A stretch of DNA of 41,263 nucleotides from Alphaproteobacteria bacterium. GTDB lineage: Bacteria; Pseudomonadota; Alphaproteobacteria; Sphingomonadales; Sphingomonadaceae. A program made the position numbers and the translations under genes. This document shows, in pieces, positions 10,039 to 18,588 of the stretch (within the stretch, counting starts at the first letter, position 1; the number at the start of each line of letters is the position of its first letter). The notes beneath the pieces are model-generated. The model was not told the DNA's origin. It made no database searches and was given only the letters and a program-made list of their open reading frames with translations. The stretch lies in the NCBI GenBank assembly GCA_031412175.1, contig JANOCM010000134.1, positions 1-41,263 of the forward strand, given 5' to 3'.

Positions 10039-11015
10039 TCGCCGCCGGGTTTGCCGCCGTGTTTGCCGCCGTGCTTGCGCCTGTCCTCGCTGCTGCCATC
10101 GCCGTCGCACCGGTGCCGGCGCTGTCGCCGCCCGGCCCCGACTGGCAACTGGCCTGGGCCGACGAATTCGACGCGCCTGCGATCGATCCGACCAAATGGA
10201 CGCTTGCCGATGATTGCTGGGGCGGCGGCAACGCCGAACGCCAATGCTACACCGGCCGCGCTGCCAATGCCCGGATCGCGGATGGCCAGTTGCTAATCAT
10301 CGCGCGCCGCGAGGGCCATACCGGCCCGGCATTCCCGATCGACCAGCGCACCGGCACCGACCGGCGGGGGCAGGCCAGCCGGCCCTTCACCTCGGCGCGG
10401 CTGAGCACGCACGGCAAGGCGGCCTGGCGTCACGGCATCATCGAAGTGCGCGCCCGGTTGCCGCAGGGGCAGGGGCTGTGGCCGGCGATCTGGATGCTGC
10501 CCGAAGACAACCGTTATGGCCCATGGCCGGCTTCGGGCGAAATCGACATCACGGAGGCGGTCAATCTTGGGGAACCGTGCCGCACCGGCCAGCCCGGCTG
10601 CGTGAAGGGCCAGGAGCGCGGCGTGCTCGGCACCCTGCATTTCGGCGGCGTGCCACCGGCCAACCGCCACCGCGGCACCACTACCGCCATGCCGGCGCCG
10701 CTGGACGGCTATCATGTCTATGCGGTGGAATGGAGCCTCGACGCGATCCGCTGGCGCATCGACGGCGTCGATTATGCCGCCCAATACCCCGGTGACTGGT
10801 CAACGAGCGGGTCGAACGCTGCGGGGGCGCCGTTCGACCAGCCTTTCCACCTCGTGCTCAATCTTGCCGTCGGCGGCCATCTGCCCGAACAGCGCAACCG
10901 CGGCGGCGTGACAATGAAGGGCTTTCCCAGGACAATGGCGGTCGATTGGGTGCGCGTCTGGCAATGCACCGGCGATGGGGCTAGCAAGGCGCGTTGCGCG
11001 GCAACCGGGGACTGA
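10035..11015 (+). CDS. GH16 laminarinase-like endo-beta-1,3-glucanase, secreted
   Basis: GTG start overlaps the upstream stop. Hydrophobic N-terminus, WADEFD, GLWPAIWML, catalytic EIDITE, APFDQPFHLVLNLAVGG. Confidence 0.93.
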   Translation: MIAAGFAAVFAAVLAPVLAAAIAVAPVPALSPPGPDWQLAWADEFDAPAIDPTKWTLADDCWGGGNAERQCYTGRAANARIADGQLLIIARREGHTGPAFPIDQRTGTDRRGQASRPFTSARLSTHGKAAWRHGIIEVRARLPQGQGLWPAIWMLPEDNRYGPWPASGEIDITEAVNLGEPCRTGQPGCVKGQERGVLGTLHFGGVPPANRHRGTTTAMPAPLDGYHVYAVEWSLDAIRWRIDGVDYAAQYPGDWSTSGSNAAGAPFDQPFHLVLNLAVGGHLPEQRNRGGVTMKGFPRTMAVDWVRVWQCTGDGASKARCAATGD

Positions 11016-11023
11016 ATTTCAAC

Positions 11024-12082
11024 ATGGCGCGACGCAAGCAGGCCGTCACCATCAACCATGTCGCCGCCGAAGCCGGGGTGTCGTTGCAGACGGTCAGCCG
11101 CGTCATCAACAATGGTTCCAACGTCCGGCCCGAAATGCGGCAGCGGGTGCAGGCGGCGATCGACAAGTTGGGCTATGTACCGAGCATCGCCGCGCAGCGG
11201 ATGAGCGGTTCGCGGTCCTATCTGATCCTGGCGCTGAACGATCGCGACCGCACCATTGCCGATTGGCGCGCCCGTCAGGGAACCGACTGGGTGGACCAGA
11301 TGCTTCTCGGCGGCATGTTGAAATGCGCCGAACATGGCTATCGCCTGATCATAGAACTGGTCGACACCCATAATGACCATGTGCAGCGCGAACTGGCGGC
11401 CGCGATCGCGGCGCTGCAACCCGATGGCGTCATCCTGACGCCGCCGCACTCCGACAATCCGTTGATCACCGCGCTGTTGACCAAAAGCCGGATTCCGTTC
11501 GCGCGGATCGGCTCGCGCGCCGTCGGTGAGGGCATTGCGATGACCATGGATGATGAAGGCGCGGCGCGGCTGGCAACGCGGCACCTGCTTGACCTTGGCC
11601 ATCGCCGCATCGGCTTCGTCGCCGGATCGGTCGAATACCAGCTTTCGGGCTGGCGCGTGGACGGCTGGCGCGCCGAAATGGCCGACGCCGGGGCCGGCAC
11701 CGACGGTTTGCTGGCGGCGGGCGATTTCAGCTACGCCTCGGGCGAAGCGGCCGCCAATGCCCTGCTCGACCAGCCCGATCCGCCCAGTGCGATCATCGCC
11801 AGCAACGACCAGATGGCGCTGGCGGTGATTGCCGTGGCCGACCGGATGGGGCTCGCGATTCCGCGGCAGCTTTCGCTGGTCTGTTTCGACAATACGCCGC
11901 TCGTGCGCTTCACCCGACCGCGGTTGACCGCCATCGACCAGCCGGTGGCCGAGATCACGTCGCGCGCGGTAGAGTTCCTGATCACCGGGGCCCTTGGCGA
12001 TGAAGGCCCGCAGACGCCGGTGGTGGTGCCGGCTAGCCTGATTGTCCGGGAATCGACCGCGCCGTTGCATCATGGGGCCTGA
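11024..12082 (+). CDS. LacI-family transcriptional regulator
   Basis: HTH TINHVAAEAGVSLQTVSRVIN, periplasmic-binding-protein-like effector domain, LIVREST C-terminus. Confidence 0.95.
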   Translation: MARRKQAVTINHVAAEAGVSLQTVSRVINNGSNVRPEMRQRVQAAIDKLGYVPSIAAQRMSGSRSYLILALNDRDRTIADWRARQGTDWVDQMLLGGMLKCAEHGYRLIIELVDTHNDHVQRELAAAIAALQPDGVILTPPHSDNPLITALLTKSRIPFARIGSRAVGEGIAMTMDDEGAARLATRHLLDLGHRRIGFVAGSVEYQLSGWRVDGWRAEMADAGAGTDGLLAAGDFSYASGEAAANALLDQPDPPSAIIASNDQMALAVIAVADRMGLAIPRQLSLVCFDNTPLVRFTRPRLTAIDQPVAEITSRAVEFLITGALGDEGPQTPVVVPASLIVRESTAPLHHGA

Positions 12083-13286
12083 GCCGCCGCGCGCGCCGCC
12101 CTTGTTCCTGCCGCTTTATGCGTTGGCATGGGCAGGGACTGCCATCGCCTATATGCCGTTCCTGACCGTTTTGCTGCCGGTGCGGATCGAAGCCATTGCA
12201 GCGACGCCATCGGCACCGGACATGGCCTTGTCATGGCTGGCGGCGACCACCTTTGCCGGCGCCATCGCCGCAAGTGTCGGCAATATCCTGTTCGGCTGGG
12301 CCAGTGACTTGTTCCTGGGCCGTCGGACCTGGATCGCAATCGGCTTGGTCCTGTCGTCGGTGCTGCTGGTGACGATGCAATGGGCTACCAGCCTGGGGGC
12401 GCTGGTGGCGGTGATCATCGCCTGGCAGCTGGCGATCAACATGATGATCGGGCCGCTTTCGGCCTGGGCCGGCGATTGCGTGCCCGATGCCCAAAAGGGC
12501 CGGCTGGGCGGCCTGCTGGCGTTTGCGCCGGCCGCCGGTGCGCTCGTGGGGGCGCTGGTGACACTGCCGGGGCTTGCGGGGCCACAGGCGCGACTGGCGA
12601 TCGTCGCGCTGATGACCATCGGCTGCATCGCGCCGCTGCTGCTGTTTGGCGCGGCGAGCGCCATCGTGCCGCCCGCAGCTGGCGCGCCTGGCGCTGCCGA
12701 TCTTCGGGGTCGCGGGCTGCTCAGGCGCATGTGGCTGGCGCGCTTGCTGGTGCAGATTTCGGAAGCGACGCTGTTCGCCTATCTGTATTTCTGGCTGCGT
12801 TCGCTCGACCCTTCGTTCGGCGATGCCGCCACCGCCCGGATTTTCGGCGTGGCACTGGTGGTCGCGGCACCGCTGACGCTCGCCGTCGGCGCCTGGGCCG
12901 ATCGCCACGGTCGGGCCCTGCTGCCGCTGCGCGCCGGAGCGGCGCTGGCGGCGATCGCGCTGCTGGTCATGGGATCGGCTGCCACGCCGGCAGTTGCCAT
13001 TGCGGGGTACGCCGTCTTCAGCCTCGCCTGCAGCGTCTTTCTGGCGCTGCATTCGGCGCAGACCTTGCGGGTTCTGCCGCGCAGCGACCGGCGCGGGCGC
13101 GATCTGGGCGTGTTCAACCTGACAAATACGCTGCCGTCGCTGGTGATGCCCGGCCTGGCACTGGCGCTAGTGCCGAGCCTGGGTTTTCGCGCGCTGTTCG
13201 CCCTGCTCGCGCTGCTGGCGCTTGCCGCGGCGCTGATGCTCGTGCCGCTGCACAACCATCAAGACGCCACGCGCGACAACGGTTGA
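12072..13286 (+). CDS. MFS transporter
   Basis: About 12 hydrophobic segments. GWASD and GAWADRHGR resemble MFS motif A loops. Also RGRDLGVFN. Confidence 0.88.
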   Translation: MGPEPPRAPPLFLPLYALAWAGTAIAYMPFLTVLLPVRIEAIAATPSAPDMALSWLAATTFAGAIAASVGNILFGWASDLFLGRRTWIAIGLVLSSVLLVTMQWATSLGALVAVIIAWQLAINMMIGPLSAWAGDCVPDAQKGRLGGLLAFAPAAGALVGALVTLPGLAGPQARLAIVALMTIGCIAPLLLFGAASAIVPPAAGAPGAADLRGRGLLRRMWLARLLVQISEATLFAYLYFWLRSLDPSFGDAATARIFGVALVVAAPLTLAVGAWADRHGRALLPLRAGAALAAIALLVMGSAATPAVAIAGYAVFSLACSVFLALHSAQTLRVLPRSDRRGRDLGVFNLTNTLPSLVMPGLALALVPSLGFRALFALLALLALAAALMLVPLHNHQDATRDNG

Positions 13287-13325
13287 TCGACATCGGTTGA
13301 TTCTTCGCAAGCCACGTGCGAGGCA

Positions 13326-13345
13326 CTTGTGGTAACGTTCACAAG
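13326..13345. promoter_or_regulatory. LacI-type operator upstream of GH3
   Basis: CTTGTG-GTAACGTT-CACAAG. Bases 13330-13342 (TGGTAACGTTCAC) are the exact reverse complement of 2113-2125. Confidence 0.8.
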
Positions 13346-13362
13346 CAACGTGGGGAAGATCG

Positions 13363-15846
13363 ATGACGAAGCGGGCATGGCTGGCGATCGTGCTGGCGAC
13401 AGGCTGCTGGTCAGCAGATGCCAGCGCAGCGCCGGCGGATGCAAAATTGCTGGCAGCGCCAGCGGATCTAAAACTGGCAGCGCCAGCGGGGGCAACGATA
13501 GCGACGGCGCCGGCCGCGACCGCGCATCCTGCCCTGTGGCCGACGGCGCGCAGCCCCGGGGCGCTTGCCTCGCCTGCCGACGAGCGCCGGATCACCGCGA
13601 TCATGGCGACGATGACGCTGGAACAAAAGGTCGGTCAGCTCATCCAGGCCGATATCACCGCGATCACGCCCGATGAACTCGATCGTTATCCGGTCGGGTC
13701 GATCCTGGCTGGCGGCAACAGCGGCCCTTATGGCGACGAGCGTGCCTCGGCGGCGACATGGTTGAAGCTGGTTTCCAGTTTCCGCGACGCCTCGCGCAAG
13801 GCCGGGGCGCGCGTGCCGATCCTGTTCGGTATCGACGCCGTTCATGGTCATTCCAATGTGCCGGGCGCCACGCTGTTTCCCCATAATATCGGGCTGGGGG
13901 CGGCCCATGATCCGGCGCTGATCCGGCGGATCGGCGCGGTCACCGCGGCCGAAATTGCCGGCACCGGCATCGAATGGACCTTTGCGCCGACGCTGGCCGT
14001 ACCGCAGGACCTTCGCTGGGGCCGCAGCTATGAAGGCTATGCGGCCGATCCGGCGCTGGTCGCCGCCTATGCCAGCGCGATGGTGCTGGGGTTGCAGGGC
14101 GAACTGGTGGCCGGAAAGCCTGTCCCCGCCGATCGGGTGGCGGCGACGGCCAAGCATTTTCTCGCCGATGGCGGCACGGCCGGCGGCAAGGACCAGGGCG
14201 ATGCCGCGGTCAGCGAAACCGAACTGATTGCGCGCCACGCCCAGGGTTATCCCGCCGCGATCAATGCCGGGGCGTTGACTGTGATGGCGAGTTTTTCGAG
14301 CTGGAATGGCGCCAAGCACCATGGCAATCGATCGCTGCTGACCGATGTGCTGAAGGACCGGATGGGCTTCGCCGGGCTGGTCGTCGGTGACTGGAACGGC
14401 CATGGCCAGATCCCGGGCTGCACCGTCACCGATTGCCCGGCGGCGATAAATGCCGGGCTCGACCTGTTCATGGCGCCCGACAGCTGGAAGCAACTTTACG
14501 CCAATACGCTGCGCGAAGCCCGTGACGGTGCAATCCCGCCGGCCCGGATCGACGATGCGGTGCGCCGGATCCTGCGCATCAAGGCGCGGCTCGGCCTGCT
14601 CGATCGGAGCCCGGTGCTGCGCGGTGACATCGCTGCCGTCGGCGCGCCCGCACATCTCGCCGTGGCGCGCGAGGCGGTGGCCAAATCGCTTGTGCTTTTG
14701 AAAAATCAAGGTGGCGTGCTGCCGTTGAAGCCCGGCGCAACCATATTGGTTGCCGGCTCCGGCGCCGACGACATGGCGATGCAGGCTGGCGGCTGGACGA
14801 TCACCTGGCAGGGATCCGACACGAGCGCGGCCGATTTCCCCAATGGCCAGACGATCGGCCGGGCGCTAGCGGCGGCTGTCACCGAGGCTGGCGGCAAGGC
14901 CAGCCTGTCGCCGGACGGTTGTTTTTCAAAAGCGCCTGATGTCGCGGTGATCGTGCTGGGTGAACGCCCCTATGCTGAATTCCAGGGCGACCTGCAGGAA
15001 CTCGCCTTCCGTGTCGGCAAGGAGGATGCGGCGTTGATTGCCCGGCTAAAGGCCGCCGGCGTGCGCGTGGTGACGGTGTTCCTGTCGGGCCGGCCGATGT
15101 TCACCGGCGCGCTGATCAACCATTCCGATGCCTTCGTCGCCGCCTGGTTGCCCGGTAGCCAGGGGGCGGGGGTCGCCGATGTGCTCGTGGCGGGCGCCAA
15201 TGGCCGGTCGATGCGTGATTTTACCGGCCGCCTGCCCTTTGCCTGGCCCGATGATGCCCGCTCACCGGTTGCAAAGCCGCTGTTCCCGGTGGGCTTCGGG
15301 CTCGATTATACGCATCCTGCACGCGTCGGCGCGGTCAACGAGGATCCGCGGATCGCGTTGGCGCCGCCCACGAGCGAGGATGTCTATCTCGTGCGCGGCA
15401 AGATTCCCGATCCCTGGCGGCTGGGGCTGGACACCGCCGTCGTCGCCCGTTCGGTCGATCTTTCGGCGCAGGAAGACGCCCGCCAGTTCAGCTGGAACGG
15501 CCCCGGCGCCTTTGCCATAGATGGCCCGCCGGTCAATTTGACCCGCCAGCTTGGCGAGAGCTTCGTCCTGCTGCTCGATTGGCGGATCGATCGCGCCGTA
15601 CAGGGGCCGATCACGGTCGGCTTCGGCGGCGGCACGATCGATGTGGGGGACATCGTTCGGGCCGCAACGCCGGGGACGGTGATCCAGACCCGCATCCCGC
15701 TCAACTGCTTCCGCGATGCCGGTGCCGATCTGTCGGCGGTCGGCTCGCCGCTTCGGATCACGGCGCCGGCCGGCTTCGCCATGACGTTGCGGACGGCCCG
15801 GGCCGAGGCGGTGGGAATGACACTGCCATGCCCGGCAACGCATTGA
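13363..15846 (+). CDS. GH3 beta-glucosidase / exo-1,3/1,4-beta-glucanase with C-terminal accessory domain
   Basis: Signal peptide, GIDAVHG, RWGRSYEG, KHF, nucleophile in VVGDWNG, VLLKN, PYAE. Confidence 0.95.
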   Translation: MTKRAWLAIVLATGCWSADASAAPADAKLLAAPADLKLAAPAGATIATAPAATAHPALWPTARSPGALASPADERRITAIMATMTLEQKVGQLIQADITAITPDELDRYPVGSILAGGNSGPYGDERASAATWLKLVSSFRDASRKAGARVPILFGIDAVHGHSNVPGATLFPHNIGLGAAHDPALIRRIGAVTAAEIAGTGIEWTFAPTLAVPQDLRWGRSYEGYAADPALVAAYASAMVLGLQGELVAGKPVPADRVAATAKHFLADGGTAGGKDQGDAAVSETELIARHAQGYPAAINAGALTVMASFSSWNGAKHHGNRSLLTDVLKDRMGFAGLVVGDWNGHGQIPGCTVTDCPAAINAGLDLFMAPDSWKQLYANTLREARDGAIPPARIDDAVRRILRIKARLGLLDRSPVLRGDIAAVGAPAHLAVAREAVAKSLVLLKNQGGVLPLKPGATILVAGSGADDMAMQAGGWTITWQGSDTSAADFPNGQTIGRALAAAVTEAGGKASLSPDGCFSKAPDVAVIVLGERPYAEFQGDLQELAFRVGKEDAALIARLKAAGVRVVTVFLSGRPMFTGALINHSDAFVAAWLPGSQGAGVADVLVAGANGRSMRDFTGRLPFAWPDDARSPVAKPLFPVGFGLDYTHPARVGAVNEDPRIALAPPTSEDVYLVRGKIPDPWRLGLDTAVVARSVDLSAQEDARQFSWNGPGAFAIDGPPVNLTRQLGESFVLLLDWRIDRAVQGPITVGFGGGTIDVGDIVRAATPGTVIQTRIPLNCFRDAGADLSAVGSPLRITAPAGFAMTLRTARAEAVGMTLPCPATH

Positions 15847-15886
15847 GACGGGAAGCGTATTGAAACCGGCAGGGGGAAAGTAACCA

Positions 15887-17176
15887 ATGGCAATGGCACC
15901 GGCAGCAAGCCCGCCCGCGGGCGCGACCGCCACCGATGGCGCGAACATCAACGCGCCCGGGCTGCAGGGCTTTGTCTTTGCTCTATTCTTCATTTTCGGC
16001 GGTATCACCTCGCTCAACGACGTGATCATCCCCAAGCTCAAGGGCCTGTTCACGCTCAGCTTTACCGAAGCGATGCTGGTCCAGTTCTGCTTTTTCGCCG
16101 CCTATGCGATCATCGGCATCCCGGGGGCGCAGTTGGTCAAACGGATCGGCTATATGCGCGGTGCCGTGACCGGCCTGCTGACGATGATGGTCGGCTGCCT
16201 GCTGTTCATCCCCGCCAGCCAGAGCGCGTCCTATCCGCTGTTCCTGTTTGCGCTGTTCGTTCTCGCCAGTGGCGTCGTGGTGGTGCAGGTTGTTGCCAAT
16301 CCGTTGATTTCGTTGCTCGGCACCGCGCCGACAGCGCATAGCCGGCTCACCTTTGCCCAAGCCTTCAATTCGCTCGGCACCACGATCTTTCCGCCGATCG
16401 GCGCCGTGCTGCTGCTTGGCGGCGCCAGTGTCGTTGCCGTCGATCAATTGTCGAGCACCGCCCTCGATGCCTATCGCACTGCCGAAAGCCAGGTGATCGC
16501 CAATGCCTATGTCATCCTGGCGGTGGCGCTGGCGATCGTGGCGGCGGTGGTCTGGGCGTTTCGAAACCGGCTGAAAGGCGAACGGCATGAAGCCAGCAGC
16601 ATCCGGGCTGGGCTGTCGCTGCTCAAGCGGCCGCGCTTTGGCTTTGGGGCGTTGTGCATCTTCCTGTACGTCGGCGCCGAGGTTGCCATCGGATCGTTGA
16701 TCGTCAGCTATCTGATGCAGGCGAACGTCATGGGGCTTTCCGACCAATCGGCCGGCAAGTTGATCGGGATCTATTGGGGCGGCGCCATGATCGGGCGCTT
16801 CATCGGATCGGCGGTGCTGCGGGTGGTCAGCCCCGGACTCGCGCTTGGCAGCGTGGCGTGCGGCGCGATCCTGTTGCTGCTGGTGTCCGCCAACACGGCC
16901 GGCGCGGTTGCAGGCTACACCATGCTGGCAATCGGGTTGATGAATTCGATCATGTTCCCGACGATTTTCTCGCTCGCGTGCGAAAAACTCGGGCCCAGCG
17001 CGGCTGATGGATCCGGCATCATCAACGTCGCCATCTGCGGCGGCGCGGTCATTCCGTTGGTGACGGGGGTTCTCGCCGACGCGACGGGGTCGCTCGCGCT
17101 CTCACTGGCGATCCCCGCCCTTTGCTATGCGGTCATCGGCTGCTTCGGCTGGTATGCACGAAAGCCGGCAACCTGA
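15887..17176 (+). CDS. Glucose/galactose MFS transporter (GluP/FucP family)
   Basis: LNDVIIP, QVVANP, RLTFAQAFNSLG, FLYVGAEV, NSIMFPTIF. Confidence 0.93.
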   Translation: MAMAPAASPPAGATATDGANINAPGLQGFVFALFFIFGGITSLNDVIIPKLKGLFTLSFTEAMLVQFCFFAAYAIIGIPGAQLVKRIGYMRGAVTGLLTMMVGCLLFIPASQSASYPLFLFALFVLASGVVVVQVVANPLISLLGTAPTAHSRLTFAQAFNSLGTTIFPPIGAVLLLGGASVVAVDQLSSTALDAYRTAESQVIANAYVILAVALAIVAAVVWAFRNRLKGERHEASSIRAGLSLLKRPRFGFGALCIFLYVGAEVAIGSLIVSYLMQANVMGLSDQSAGKLIGIYWGGAMIGRFIGSAVLRVVSPGLALGSVACGAILLLLVSANTAGAVAGYTMLAIGLMNSIMFPTIFSLACEKLGPSAADGSGIINVAICGGAVIPLVTGVLADATGSLALSLAIPALCYAVIGCFGWYARKPAT

Positions 17177-17292
17177 ACTCCATTGTCGAGATTTCATCGA
17201 TTTATCGAGCGCGCACTGCATCCTCATGCAGAGCGGACCTCGTTTCGTAGATGCGCTACCCTCCAACTTTCCGAGCTGCGTTCCGCGGGGCA

Positions 17293-17352
17293 TGAACGAT
17301 CAGCAGCTTTTGGGAACGGCAACAATGCCGCAGAACGACAACAAATTAGGCG
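17293..17352 (-). repeat. 60-bp junction motif, copy 2 (inverted, degenerate)
   Basis: Plus strand reads TGAAcgatcagcaGCTTTtGGG-N17-aGAACGAC, matching the reverse complement of the consensus with exact spacing. Confidence 0.6.
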
Positions 17353-17460
17353 CGTTGCAGACGGGCGTCTCGGTTGTGCAACCGACCTTGCCGGCAATCG
17401 ACGTCAGCGCCGTCCACTTTCATGCATAGTCGGCCCGATACACGCCAACCAAACATGGAG

Positions 17461-17531
17461 CACATGAGCACGCGCCAGCATGCCTTCAGCCTCAAAAATA
17501 TGGTACCCACTCGCTTCGACGCACGAAGGTG
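17461..17531 (+). pseudogene. Relic of a tyrosine recombinase (catalytic HxxR region), internally deleted and frameshifted
   Basis: HMSTRQHA (17461-17484) is followed in another frame by LQPQKYGTHSLRRTKV (17484-17531). Confidence 0.75.
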
Positions 17532-17642
17532 CCCTCATGCTTGTGCTGGTAAGCCTGAGCGCGTTGCTGGTCATCGCAGATTATTCGACCTGATCCGCAA
17601 TCCTCATTGACTCTTACGCGCCGCGAGTAGGACAGGCCGAGA

Positions 17643-17702
17643 ACGCGCACAATTGGCCATTCCGCCTCTGTCCTGCTGTTCTCAACGTCTGCCATTCATT
17701 CA
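17643..17702 (+). repeat. 60-bp junction motif, copy 3 (degenerate)
   Basis: GCCATTCC-N17-ctcaacgtctgcCATTCATTCA. Outer boxes are at consensus spacing, but the CCCGAAA box is eroded. Confidence 0.5.
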
Positions 17703-17840
17703 GCTTCGGCGGGTGCCCGCCCTCACGCTCCGCGATTTGGCTGGCACGCCGCTAGCCGGCGACGACCAACGGGTTAGACGGCGGTTGCACAAGCGTCCGG
17801 CATGGCAGGCAATAACACCAGTTCGCGCGTTAGGATCACC

Positions 17841-18317
17841 ATGCGCCGCATTATCCAACTCGTTGTCCTGCTGCCGATGGTGTTGGCAGCTGCGCCTGCG
17901 CCCATGCCGTTGCCGGGGCTGTGGGAGCATACTGTCGTCTATGTTATTGACGAGGTGAACGGCTCCGCGCTCATCGCCGACCAGGCGCAAGGCATGCTGC
18001 CGTCCCCACCGCCCTATCGGGCGTGCTACTCGGGTTCGGATCTGGCGGATCCACGAAGCTTCGTGCTTGCCAGCAAGGCTGTCCAGTGCCGCTTTTCCCG
18101 CTACGCAATGGCAAACGGAAAGATCATGGCAGCAGGCGAATGCAAGGACAGCCGCTACCCGGCCCTCCGCGTCGATGGCTCGGGCACCTATGGAGCCAAC
18201 GGCTTCGACTTCAGCTTCTCGGGTGAGGCGCGGTCCGGTGAGGTGACCATCGGCTTCCGCGGGCGCGACAGCGGCCGCCGCATTGGTTCATGCCCGACAG
18301 GTGACGCGGGTCGCTGA
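17841..18317 (+). CDS. Secreted DUF3617-like protein
   Basis: AGGA RBS, signal peptide, PGLWE motif, paired cysteines, C-terminal GRRIGSC. Confidence 0.75.
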   Translation: MRRIIQLVVLLPMVLAAAPAPMPLPGLWEHTVVYVIDEVNGSALIADQAQGMLPSPPPYRACYSGSDLADPRSFVLASKAVQCRFSRYAMANGKIMAAGECKDSRYPALRVDGSGTYGANGFDFSFSGEARSGEVTIGFRGRDSGRRIGSCPTGDAGR

Positions 18318-18365
18318 GCATGTAAAGGTTCCTCGTTGTCGACCGACCTAAACCGCCGCCGCACG

Positions 18366-18425
18366 AGACCCAACAGGCGACGTTCACGCCCCGGTGCTCG
18401 CTTCCCGAAAGCGTCCGCCCGTTCA
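18366..18425 (+). repeat. 60-bp junction motif, copy 4
   Basis: agacccaacaggcGACGTTCA-N17-CCCGAAAGCGtccgcccgTTCA. Confidence 0.85.
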
Positions 18426-18588
18426 GACAGCGCAGCACGGCGGGAACTGGCTGCTTGCCGCTTGGCGGCTTTTGGACGAGCAGCCTGCTATAGCCGACGT
18501 CGACGTTCCGAACGTACGAGAGGCTGATCTGCTTCGGAACGTGGCGTCGGTCGAAGGGTTGTGCACAGCACGCTGCACCCGCCATTTG

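Noticed and set aside
13426-13489. Short tandem duplications at the GH3 N-terminus (AAPAD repeats) and in the GH16 signal region (about 10050-10077)
   Set aside because: In-frame slippage in low-complexity linker or signal sequence, with no sign of phase variation.
18464-18500. GGCTTTTGG-type half boxes at about 1705 and 18467, and inverted at 24287
   Set aside because: They resemble the reverse of the CCCGAAASC box and lie in the same junctions, but lack the partner box at 17-nt spacing, so they were not counted as copies.
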